From Macrostomum hystrix (taxonomy: Eukaryota > Animalia > Platyhelminthes): DNA of 64,000 nucleotides. Shown piece by piece: positions 45,988 through 57,603 of the stretch (positions are counted from its first letter, which is position 1; each line of letters begins with the position of its first letter). A program made the position numbers and the translations under genes. The notes under the pieces were generated by a model. That model searched no databases, was not told the DNA's origin, and saw only the letters and a program-made list of their open reading frames with translations. Location of the stretch: NCBI GenBank assembly GCA_950097015.1, contig CATNEN010000028.1, forward strand, positions 186,001 to 250,000. The letters run 5' to 3'.

Positions 45988-48900
45988 TCACTCGTTGCCA
46001 TAGATATCCATGAACATAGTCAGCAGTTGCAGTGAGTCGTTGTAGGCCTCTGTCTGCTCCTTGGTGTCAAATTGCTTCTCTTCGTCAATTTCGTCTCTCA
46101 GGATGTACCCATCTGCAGTGGGTTCAAGAGTGCGAGAGTCAGCCAGCTCACACTTGTCAGCCACTCCCAGCTCACACTTGTCAGCCACTCCCAGCTCACA
46201 CTTGTCAGCCACTTCCAGCTCACACTTGTCAGCCACTCACAGCTCACACTTGTCAGCCACTCCCAGCTCACACTTGTCAGCCACTCACAGCTCACACTTG
46301 TCAGCCACTCCCAGCTCACACTTGTCAGCCACTCACAGCTCACACTTGTCAGCCACTCCCAGCTCACACTTGTCAGCCACTCACAGCTCACACTTGTCAG
46401 CCACTCCCAGCTCACACTTGTCAGCCACTCCCAGCTCACACTTGTCAGCCACTTCCAGCTCACACTTGTCAGCCACTCCCAGCTCACACTTGTCAGCCAC
46501 TCCCAGCTCACACTTGTCAGCCACTGACAGCTCACACTTGTCAGCCACTTCCAGCTCACACTTGTCAGCCACTCCCAGCTCACACTTGTCAGCCACTCCC
46601 AGCTCACACTTGTCAGCCACTGACAGCTCACACTTGTCAGCCACTCCCAGCTCACACTTGTCAGCCACTCCCAGCTCACACTTGTCAGCCACTCCCAGCT
46701 CACACTTGTCAGCCACTCACAGCTCACACTTGTCAGCCACTCCCAGCTCACACTTGTCAGCCACTCCCAGCTCACACTTGTCAGCCACTCCCAGCTCACA
46801 CTTGTCAGCCACTGACAGCTCACACTTGTCAGCCACTCCCAGCTCACACTTGTCAGCCACTCCCAGCTCACACTTGTCAGCCACTCCCAGCTCACACTTG
46901 TCAGCCACTCCCAGCTCACACTTGTCAGCCACTCCCAGCTCACACTTGTCAGCCACTCACAGCTCACACTTGTCAGCCACTCACAGCTCACACTTGTCAG
47001 CCACTCCCAGCTCACACTTGTCAGCCACTTCCAGCTCACACTTGTCAGCCACTCACAGCTCACACTTGTCAGCCACTCCCAGCTCACACTTGTCAGCCAC
47101 TCCCAGCTCACACTTGTCAGCCACTCCCAGCTCACACTTGTCAGCCACTTCCAGCTCACACTTGTCAGCCACTCACAGCTCACACTTGTCAGCCACTCCC
47201 AGCTCACACTTGTCAGCCACTCACAGCTCACACTTGTCAGCCACTCCCAGCTCACACTTGTCAGCCACTCACAGCTCACACTTGTCAGCCACTCCCAGCT
47301 CACACTTGTCAGCCACTCACAGCTCACACTTGTCAGCCACTCCCAGCTCACACTTGTCAGCCACTCCCAGCTCACACTTGTCAGCCACTTCCAGCTCACA
47401 CTTGTCAGCCACTCCCAGCTCACACTTGTCAGCCACTCCCAGCTCACACTTGTCAGCCACTGACAGCTCACACTTGTCAGCCACTTCCAGCTCACACTTG
47501 TCAGCCACTCCCAGCTCACACTTGTCAGCCACTCCCAGCTCACACTTGTCAGCCACTGACAGCTCACACTTGTCAGCCACTCCCAGCTCACACTTGTCAG
47601 CCACTCCCAGCTCACACTTGTCAGCCACTCCCAGCTCACACTTGTCAGCCACTCACAGCTCACACTTGTCAGCCACTCCCAGCTCACACTTGTCAGCCAC
47701 TCCCAGCTCACACTTGTCAGCCACTCCCAGCTCACACTTGTCAGCCACTGACAGCTCACACTTGTCAGCCACTCCCAGCTCACACTTGTCAGCCACTCCC
47801 AGCTCACACTTGTCAGCCACTCCCAGCTCACACTTGTCAGCCACTCCCAGCTCACACTTGTCAGCCACTCCCAGCTCACACTTGTCAGCCACTCACAGCT
47901 CACACTTGTCAGCCACTCACAGCTCACACTTGTCAGCCACTCCCAGCTCACACTTGTCAGCCACTTCCAGCTCACACTTGTCAGCCACTCACAGCTCACA
48001 CTTGTCAGCCACTCCCAGCTCACACTTGTCAGCCACTCCCAGCTCACACTTGTCAGCCACTTCCAGCTCACACTTGTCAGCCACTCCCAGCTCACACTTG
48101 TCAGCCACTTCCAGCTCACACTTGTCAGCCACTGACAGCTCACACTTGTCAGCCACTTCCAGCTCACACTTGTCAGCCACTCCCAGCTCACACTTGTCAG
48201 CCACTCCCAGCTCACACTTGTCAGCCACTCCCAGCTCACACTTGTCAGCCACTTCCAGCTCACACTTGTCAGCCACTCCCAGCTCACACTTGTCAGCCAC
48301 TGACAGCTCACACTTGTCAGCCACTGACAGCTCACACTTGTCAGCCACTGACAGCTCACACTTGTCAGCCACTCCCAGCTCACACTTGTCAGCCACTCCC
48401 AGCTCACACTTGTCAGCCACTCCCAGCTCACACTTGTCAGCCACTCCCAGCTCACACTTGTCAGCCACTCCCAGCTCACACTTGTCAGCCACTGACAGCT
48501 CACACTTGTCAGCCACTTCCAGCTCACACTTGTCAGCCACTCCCAGCTCACACTTGTCAGCCACTCCCAGCTCACACTTGTCAGCCACTGACAGCTCACA
48601 CTTGTCAGCCACTCCCAGCTCACACTTGTCAGCCACTCCCAGCTCACACTTGTCAGCCACTCCCAGCTCACACTTGTCAGCCACTCCCAGCTCACACTTG
48701 TCAGCCACTTCCAGCTCACACTTGTCAGCCACTCCCAGCTCACACTTGTCAGCCACTCCCAGCTCACACTTGTCAGCCACTGACAGCTCACACTTGTCAG
48801 CCACTCCCAGCTCACACTTGTCAGCCACTCCCAGCTCACACTTGTCAGCCACTCCCAGCTCACACTTGTCAGCCACTCCCAGCTCACACTTGTCAGCCAC

Positions 48901-51900
48901 TCCCAGCTCACACTTGTCAGCCACTCCCAGCTCACACTTGTCAGCCACTCCCAGCTCACACTTGTCAGCCACCAACTCACACCTGTCAGCCACCAACTCA
49001 CACTTGTCATCCACCAACTCACACCTGTCAGCCACCAACTCACACCTGTCAGCCACCAACTCACACCTGTCAGCCACCAACTCACACCTGTCAGCCACCA
49101 ACTCACACTTGTCAGTCCCGGGCAGCCTGCCGAGCGCCCGGTTGCACTCTCCATCGCTGCTGAAGTACTCCTTCCAGATCTCCACCTGCTCCCCAGGTGA
49201 GGGGTCCAGCCAGACGGAGCGCGGCTTGCCGTCGACTGTGAAGCGCTTGTCGACGCCTTCCATCATGAGGTTTTTCTGCTTCTTCACAGCGGCTGTCCGG
49301 CCAGCATTGGACGCGTACACGGTGGTGATGAGCCGCATGTCAGACATGATCTGCATTTTGAAAGGGAGTTTGCTACACGGTGGTGATGAGCCGCATGTCA
49401 GACATGATCTGCATTTTGAAAGGGAGTTTGCTACACGGTGGTGATGAGCCGCATGTCAGACATGATCTGCATTTTGAAAGGGAGTTTGCTACACGGTGGT
49501 GATGAGCCGCATGTCAGACATGATCTGCATTTTGAAAGGGAGTTTGCTACACGGTGGTGATGAGCCGCATGTCAGACATGATCTGCATCCATCAGCGAGT
49601 CTGACTGGGTTCTCGCTTACCTCAAACAGCGCCTTGGCACTGTCGGGCAAATCTTGCGGAAAGTTAAACGCTCCCTGGCTGGGCTTTTTTTCTTTTTTCT
49701 TTCTGGTGCCGAAAATGCTTAACTTTCTGGAAATATAGGTATTTGGTTTTAGCTGTTTGTCTCATGGTCAATAATTTTATGACACAGTGCCAAGGCTCCC
49801 CCGGCTTCTCACTTGCTGACAGACGTCTTCTCTTTGGCGCCGGTGGAGCCGCAAGTACTTTCTCCGGCATCACCGGCGTCACTCTCGACTGTGTTCCGGC
49901 CAAGATCTGGCATGGGCTTCGTCATGTCGATCTCGTCGTCATCCGAGCTGCTGCTGTCTTTGTCGTTGCTTTTTTTCTGTCTGGAGTGGATTTTTATGCA
50001 GATTCTGTGTACTTTTAGGGCTCGGCTTGAATACCCCTGCTAATACTGAGCAGCACATGAGTAATGTCTCTTGATTATTTACCTTTAATGCCTGATGAAA
50101 TTCTGTGTGTACCTCTGCCCAAATACAGTATGTATCCCTACTCAAATACAGTGTATATCCCTAATTACATACAGTGTATATCCCTAATTACATACAGTGT
50201 ATATCCCTAATCACATACAGTGTATATCCCTAATTACATACAGTGTATATCCCTAATCAAATACAGTGTATATCCCTAATTACATACAGTGTATATCCCT
50301 AATCACATACAGTGTATATCCCTAATCACATACAGTGTATATCCCTACTCACATACAGTGTATATCCCTAATCACATACAGTGTATATCCCTAATCAAAT
50401 ACAGTGTATATCCCTAATCACATACAGTGTATATCCCTAATCACATACAGTGTATATCCCTAATTAAATACAATGTATATCCCTAATCAAATACAATGTA
50501 TATCCCTAATCACATACAGTGTATATCCCTAATCACATACAGTGTATATCCCTAATCACATACAGTGTATATCCCTAATCACATACAGTGTATATCCCTA
50601 ATCAAATACAATGTATATCCCTAATCACATACAGTGTATATCCCTAATCACATACAATGTATATCCCTAATCACATACAGTGTATATCCCTACTCAAATA
50701 CAGTGTATATCCCTAATCACATACAGTGTATATCCCTAATCAAATACAGTGTATATCCCTAATCAAATACAGTGTATATCCCTAATCACATACAGTGTAT
50801 ATCCCTAATCACATACAGTGTATATCCCTAATCACATACAGTGTATATCCCTAATCACATACAGTGTATATCCCTAATCACATACAGTGTATATCCCTAA
50901 TCACATACAGTGTATATCCCTAATCACATACAGTGTATATCCCTAATCACATACAGTGTATATCCCTAATCACATACAGTGTATATCCCTAATCACATAC
51001 AGTGTATATCCCTAATCACATACAGTGTATATCCCTACTCAAATACAGTGTATATCCCGATTCAAATACAGAAAAATTGGCGTACATCTTGCCAGCGGAA
51101 GGCGCCGACACTGCGATCGCGGCTGCCGCAGCGCCAGCAACGGAGTTGATTGCAGCCGTGGCCGGCATTGGTGGAGGCGGCGGCAGCGGTGGACGCTGAG
51201 CACTCGGGTCGCTTGCGCAGCCTGGCGCTGGGGGCAGCGGTCTTGGCGGAGCTACTGGGGCCGTAGACGAAGTGGCGGAAACCGAGGACTCTGCTACTGA
51301 TGGCTCTGCAGACTCTGTGATCTGCTGCTGCTGCTGCTGCTCTTGCTGCTGCTGCGGTGGCGCTGGCTTTTGGCTCTTCTTTTTCCAGGAGAAACTGCAA
51401 GTCAGATAGTTTTCCTTTTAATTTCAGATTTCAGGCGCCAGTTTTTGTGAGTTTTATTGACCTCAAAATAGCTAACAGCCACATGCAGGTTCAAAGTGAA
51501 AAAACGACGGATCTGTGCCATTGTTATACAGAAAATTACTTTAGAATATTTAACTAAAATATGTGCTGGTCTTAAATATTATTGGAACATATTGCAAGAA
51601 TATTATATAATGCTCGCTGATTTCGCTCACAAGGTTGGTTTCTGTAATGAAGAAAGATCAAAATCAATTAGTTTAGACCGTTGTGCTAGCTGGCAGATTT
51701 TCTTACATTTTAAATCTACTTAAATATTGTTACTAAAAGACTGTTACTCGCCAATTCAATGCATCTTCCTTTGTACGCATGTGCCTAACACATTTTGTGG
51801 CAAGTGAAATTAATGCTCGTAGGTTGATAAGGAAACTGGTCCAACCTTTGTCTCCTTGTTTCCGTCATCAGCATTTCGGTTGGCTGCCTGCTGCTGCTGC

Positions 51901-52142
51901 TGCATGCTGGCCTGAATGGCCGCTACATCAGCAGCAACTGGTCCGGTGTGCTTCAAATCGACGCCCGCTAGTCCGATAGTGACTCCTGGAATCTCGGTGA
52001 CCTGGATGCTGATGGCCAGGGTGATGGTGAGGTTCCTTGCACCTCCGGAGACTGGCACTTGGACATTGACGCTTTGTTGATCTGCGGCTGTTGAACTTGC
52101 TTCGTCCTTCCCGTCCGGTGCCATTTTTTTCTTATCGTCCAT
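45988..52142 (-). CDS. Unrecognised protein, paralogue X; exons 52142-51846, possible microexon 51553-51540, 51394-51086, 49980-49813, 49726-49621, 49350-49107, 46112-45988
   Basis: GT-AG junctions with consistent phases. Low-complexity middle. The C-terminal block FNFPQDLPDSAKALFE-IMSDMRLITTVYAS...KRFTVDGKPRSVWLDPSPGEQVEIWKEY...CNRALGRLPGTDK is strongly conserved with the gene starting at 60455. Confidence 0.8.
46140..49106. repeat. 24-bp satellite (CCAGCTCACACTTGTCAGCCACTC)n, about 120 copies, with 21-bp variants at the donor end; fills the last intron of gene X
   Basis: Read directly. Confidence 0.98.
49317..49590. repeat. 58-bp tandem duplication of an intron acceptor plus exon start (about 4.7 copies)
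   Basis: Units start at 49317, 49375, 49433, 49491 and 49549. Confidence 0.95.
50135..51060. repeat. 23-bp minisatellite (ATACAGTGTATATCCCTAATCAC)n, about 40 copies, in an intron of gene X
   Basis: Read directly. Confidence 0.97.
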
Positions 52143-54460
52143 GATTTACGATTTAAATCGATGGTTGGTTGCCGCAGTATCTAAATTATAAATCATACAT
52201 CTATATATAAATTTGCTCTATGAGTTAGGCCTGCAGTTAAGAAAATAGATGTTCTATGTTCACTATTATTTTTAAAAGGACGCTAAGGACCTACATGACG
52301 CACCCTAAACGGAACCTGAGAGACACTTTTCTTTTTGACAAAAACAATTATAAGCAGTGCTAACTATAAGTACTAAAAAGTCCCATGATTGTATGGAATG
52401 CTTGTATAAACGCTTATGTCGTTGGAAAAAATGAAACTCTTGTCATTAAAGCCAGAAAGAAATTAATAGTAACCAAATCGATATCGTTAACAAATTGAAT
52501 TGTTATAGATAATATCGTTAACTATATTGTTTTGTGTATTTGAGCAACTTTACCTATGAGAAGAGGAGCAAAAACGTTTGTAGAGTATTGATCTCTCACC
52601 AATTTTACTTCAAAAAGAAACACGGATCTTAATTTATAAAAGTTGACGAGCGACTTTTTCTAGCGGGTTCAAAAAAAGTCTACTTGTTAATTTTTTCTCT
52701 GGACAACATCCAAATTTTGAATTATTTCCCGATAAGAAATAAAACAAATTTTATTGTGCAGTATATTTATTTTACTACCATACTTGATACTCAATAAAAA
52801 TAAAATAATTTAAAGCTTTAAAAGCAAAAGAGGAACATTTATGAAAAAAATATTTTTTTTATAAACGCTATAAAAACCCCGCGCGCACTTTCATTCCCAA
52901 AGGCGAGGCAACTAAAAAAGTCAAATAAAAAAGAACAGGTTGAATATTTCTCTTTTTAGAAACTAAATATCACAATAAAATTTATAAAGCAACATGCCAA
53001 ACTGCTCAAATCCAAAACAAAATAAAAGTTACTTAAAATAATTGTATGGGAATTAAAATATTCATGCAACATTCTGTAACACAATAACGGATGCTATACG
53101 CTCGTATTTCACATTTGATAATTTATATCATATGCATTTGTACTTTATAAACATTCTACACAGATTGATAAAGAAAATAATGATTACCTCTAGATAACAG
53201 GAAAACACTATTTTCATGTGCTAGCCTTTAAAAGTGCTTTGCTTACTAATTCTTTGTTCTTTCTTATTAAATGGTGAAATTTTTTAATAATCATAGCATC
53301 AGATATTTTAAGCCCAGTTTTATTATTAACTTTTGACTATGATTTATTCATTTAAATCAATACGCTATACGGCGATGTGCATGTGCTCGAGAATTGACAT
53401 TGGAATATCTACGTACGAGCGAATATTTTATACACCTGACGCACATGCATGTAAACAGTGTTACCGTACTTATTGATGTGGTCTTTTTGTGAAATTACGA
53501 GCTGCATTGTAATAAAAGGCGAACACAAGCGAACACAACACGAATACAATTAGTAGCTGATTTCTCTCAATTTAATGTACATGCGTGTGATTGACCGCCA
53601 TATGGGTGCACAGCACGGGAAATATATATGAGCATTTTTCGATCACGGAGCGAGGCCAAAAAACTGCCCAGACGCACACACTCACGCCATTGATTGGTCA
53701 ATTCATCCGCGTAACGCGATGTCGGTTAAAAAGCTCGTACAATATCTGTATATTGCAGCACAATGCGCAAGCTGCAGTACCCTGCATGCACAATTTGGTG
53801 TGTGAAAATCTATTGTGCTCGTGGCAGCAGCTGGCAGCTGCTGCTCATGCTGCTCAAATAGGATATTGTATGTGTGCAGAGACAGAGATCAGTGGAGGGA
53901 CGAGAAGCTATAGATCTGTTGTCAAATTTTCCACTCCTTTTTTCGACGAAGAAAGAGGAAGGAATTAATGAGATTATTATTTTTCTTTCGTTGCTATACA
54001 ATCCAGCCAGAGACTGTACGGAGATCCTCTCCTTCAGAGAAGCCTCGGACCCTTTCAGATCTCTCTCTTGCTTGAATGAGTTTTTCTTCCCAGCTCCCAG
54101 GCTCAGTCACCCCAGCCTTCTCATTCGTACAGTGTATATCCCAGCCCAGCATGTAGAAGAGACGACGCCCCCACACAAATTTCTGAGCAAGAGTATAACT
54201 TGCGCGTTTGATTTTCTCTCTCCCAGTTGTGTTCACACTCTTGGAAACCAGCCTACGCAATTCCATGGGCAATGTCGTTTGCATAGTTTCTCTCCCTTTA
54301 ATTCCGATCGCGACTTACAACAGAAATATTTCAAATACTTGGACCAGAGACTCCACGGTAGAGCTCAACAGATCGAGTTGCTAGGGCTGAGAGCCACTTT
54401 ACAAACTTAACAAAGCGAACAGCAAAGACGCTCAACCACCGAAGAGCTGCTCAGGCGGCA

Positions 54461-57400
54461 GTGGAAGCTAAATCAGCACCGAGTGACTTCGGTCATCACC
54501 CAGTTCCTGCGTCCGGGTCCAGTGACGAAAGCGACGACTCGGACACCATCTGGGACGGCGGAAATCGAGCAGCGGCGGCGCGGTCGAGGATGTCTGGCGG
54601 TTCCGGTGGCGAGCGCTGCACCGGACCTGGCTGGAAGCGATACGCGGTGGCCTGGCTGAGTTGCCTGGGCCTCATGGTGGTGCTAGCAATGCGCTCAGAG
54701 ATGGGCATCGCCATCATTAAGATGACTAAGAAGCAGCCGGAGAAGGTGGAAATCTCTGCTAAAAATCACACCTACTACAAGACCGAGCTGGTGCAGGAGG
54801 TGGCCTGGAATCACCTGGACATCGGCATCATCGAGGCTTCGTTCTTCATTGGCTATGCCCTATTCAGCATCCCGGCTGGCTTCATGGCCTCTTACCTGGA
54901 GCCCAACCTACTATTAGGCGGCTCGGTGCTCACAACATGTCTGCTGAATGTTGTTGTGCCGTCGGCGGCTCACCTGGAGCCGCCGTCCAGCGCCTTTGGC
55001 GTCACCATCGCAGTCCGCCTGCTCCAGGGCATGGCCGAGGGCTGCCTCTACCCGTCTGTTCACGGAATTTGGCGCTACTGGGCCCCAGAGATGGAGCGGT
55101 CCAAGCTGGTTACAATATCATTCTTTGGCATGGCCCTGGGGCCCATTGTTGGCCTGCCAATGTGCGGAGCAGTCACCACAAACCTGGGCTGGCCAGTGAA
55201 TTTCTACATCTTCGGAGCGCTCGGCTGCGCCTGGTCAGTGGCCTGGTTCCTCATTGTGTACGCCCGACCGGCCACCGACCCGTACATCAGCCCGGAGGAG
55301 GTCGCCTACATCGAGAGCAACAGCGTGCCAGCCACAGCCACTGGCCAGGTGCCGTGCGCCGCCATGGCCGTATCCCTGCCCGTCTGGGCCATCGTCCTGG
55401 CCAATGTGGGACGCAACTGGAGCTTCCAGTTCAGCATGATCGGCCTTCCTGCCTACTTTTCTAAGGTGTACAATCTTAATAGCGAGGAGGTTGGCATCTA
55501 CCTGATGATCCCGTTCCTGCTCATGGCGGTGATGACACCACTTGGTACGTTTAGTTCTATTTCATAATACGAGCGTATAGTGTGACTAGCAACATATTTA
55601 AGGTACTCCAATCTATCCGGTTTTTAACTTTAAAAAGACCAAGGGGTTTTCAAATACCCGCTGCCTAATTCACGATAGCTCCCAAACCGAATGACCAATT
55701 TTAGTGAAAGTCCACTAAATCGATTAACCGTCCGACGTCAGCATCGTCGAAATATTCAGCGATTCTTGTCGAAGTCCCTATTGAATATCTCGATAGTGCC
55801 GATGTTTTGTGGTTCTGGAAGTCTTTTCATCGGATGGAGCGGAAAATTTTAGCCCATGTTCTGCATTTTCAATGCGATTTTTGGAAGATCCAGAAAAATA
55901 TAAAAATGTGGGCACTCGAACCACCCCCCCCCGCCGTGGTCTTTCTACTTTTAATGCCTTTTTAGTGCCACTTGAACTCGACGGAAAATTATTGTAAATA
56001 ATTTCAACCTTCCTGCCTCCCGATACACCGTACGTGCTCCTCCTTTCACCCCGTAAATCTCTGCACAGGTGGCACATTAGCCGACTGCATCCGACGGAAG
56101 TACCTGTCCACCACCGCCACACGACGCCTATTCAACACCACTGGCTTCGGAGTCATGGCTGCCTGCCTGGTAGCCGTTGGATTCTCGCGCAATCTCTATA
56201 CTTCGACAGCCTTCCTGACTATCGGTCTGGGCTTCACAGGGGTCGGCATGTCCGGCTACGGTGTCAACCATCTGGACATCGCGCCAAGATTCGCCGGTTT
56301 CTTAATGGGCGTCTCAAACGGCATCGGAACAGTTTCAGGTGAGAGCAGACTCGATCTATTGAATGAATGAGCACTGGGGAGATGATTTCGGCATGTTCTG
56401 TTGGCGCACTTCATGTCCCAAGTACAAACCAAGTCCTGCCCGTTGGTGGGTTTAAGCAGTTCGGCATCTTGAAGGATGCAGTTTAGTGCATTTGTACGGA
56501 TGCCGGCCTGGCCCCGTCTGAGTCGGCCCTGCAAGGTCAAGACGTCAGCCAATTGTCCAGCTGCCCCTCTATCAAGGACGTCAGAGTCGTCGTCGCGCTG
56601 TACGCTAGGAACCACCGCTTGCCAGAACCGACAGCCGAGCCCTGTGATTGAGAGGTCGGGAGTTAGAATCCTAGCTATAGCCTAAGGAAAACTATTTGTG
56701 TCCTTGGGCAAGACACATAATTTTCCATCGCTTCAGTGCACGCAGTTGTAAAATGAGTGGAACAGCCGGGCGGAGCAGACTCCCAAGTCCATGGACAGTA
56801 ACAGCACCAACTTGGGTGACAAGGACAACTAATATTGCTATGTACTCGTATAAAACTCTTTGGCGACACTAGACCCGCAGCCAATTCTGCGCATTTTGCT
56901 GACTCCTGATGATGTGCCATTGCCCGCAGCCCTCCTGCAATTATTATTATTATTATTAACGTCCATGGCAAATCCATTGGTTCACAAAAATCAAGAATTG
57001 CTCTTACTACCTAGCTGATATAGATATAAAATATGATATACAATAATAGCCGAAATTGTAGCATGATAAAATTTTATGGGCACAAAAATGATGCCTTTAT
57101 GGTGGTTTTAGCCACTAGACACCCAGGCTAGAATCGTTGAACACCCCGATGCCGATGTTTTGTGATTCTGGAGGTTGTGTCGTCGGTTAGAGAGGGAAGT
57201 TCTAGCCCGTTTTCTAAATTTTGACGCTGATTGGTTGAATATTTTTGGAGATACTGAAAAAGAAAGAAAACTGGGGTTTTAAAAATATCCGTTGTCTTTC
57301 AACTGTTAATGCAATTTTACCCCCAAATGCGTTTCACCCGCAGGTGTTTTATCCCCAATCGTGGCAAGCGCTGTCGCCCGCCATGGCACAGCGGATGAGT

Positions 57401-57603
57401 GGCAGCTGGTGTTTCTCATAGCGGCCCTCGTTCACATCGCCACCTCGCTATTCTATCTGTTCTGCTCCTCTGGCGAGCTGCAGCCCTGGGCGGATCACAG
57501 CGAGTCGACGGGTCTTCTAGAAAAGCAGCCGCCGCCAGCTGAGCAGCAGCCGCCCTCGACTTCAACAGTTGGCAACGGCGAAGCTGGCGAAAGCTCCGGC
57601 TAA
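54461..57603 (+). CDS. SLC17-family vesicular glutamate transporter-like MFS protein; exons (54461 or ATG 54590)-55544, 56069-56338, 57344-57603
   Basis: KRYAVAWLSCLG...R.EMGIAI, SFFIGY, RLLQGMAEG..YP..HGIWRYWAPEMERSKL, VWAIVLANVGRNW, NHLDIAPRFAGFLMGVSNGIGTVSG, WQLVFLIAA.VH, SGELQPWA. The start codon is uncertain. Confidence 0.88.
55625..55955. mobile_element. Internally deleted copy of the palindromic MITE, in the SLC17 intron
   Basis: Left and right arms match 16499-16700 and 16900-17080; TTAA at both ends. Confidence 0.75.
56650..56955 (+). mobile_element. Composite SINE: family B body joined to a family A 3' tail
   Basis: TTGGGCAAGACAC...GCTTCAGT...AAGTCCATGGAC, then GATGTGCCATTGCCCGCAGCCCTCCTGCAA(TTA)n, as in the SINE-A copies at about 15085 and 61860. 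Confidence 0.55.
57040..57306. mobile_element. Right half of the palindromic MITE
   Basis: Collinear with 16810-17080; ends CTTTCAACTG|TTAA. Confidence 0.7.

Noticed and set aside
46032-49444. 1000+ aa ORFs in several frames
   Set aside because: Translations of the 24-bp intronic satellite. Only 49350-49107 and 46112-45988 are real exons.
51062-51400. Ala-rich frame FLLEKEEPKASATAAAA as exon 2 of gene X
   Set aside because: It ends in the wrong phase for the next exon. The Q/P-rich frame (phase 2 to 2) matches the paralogue's phases.
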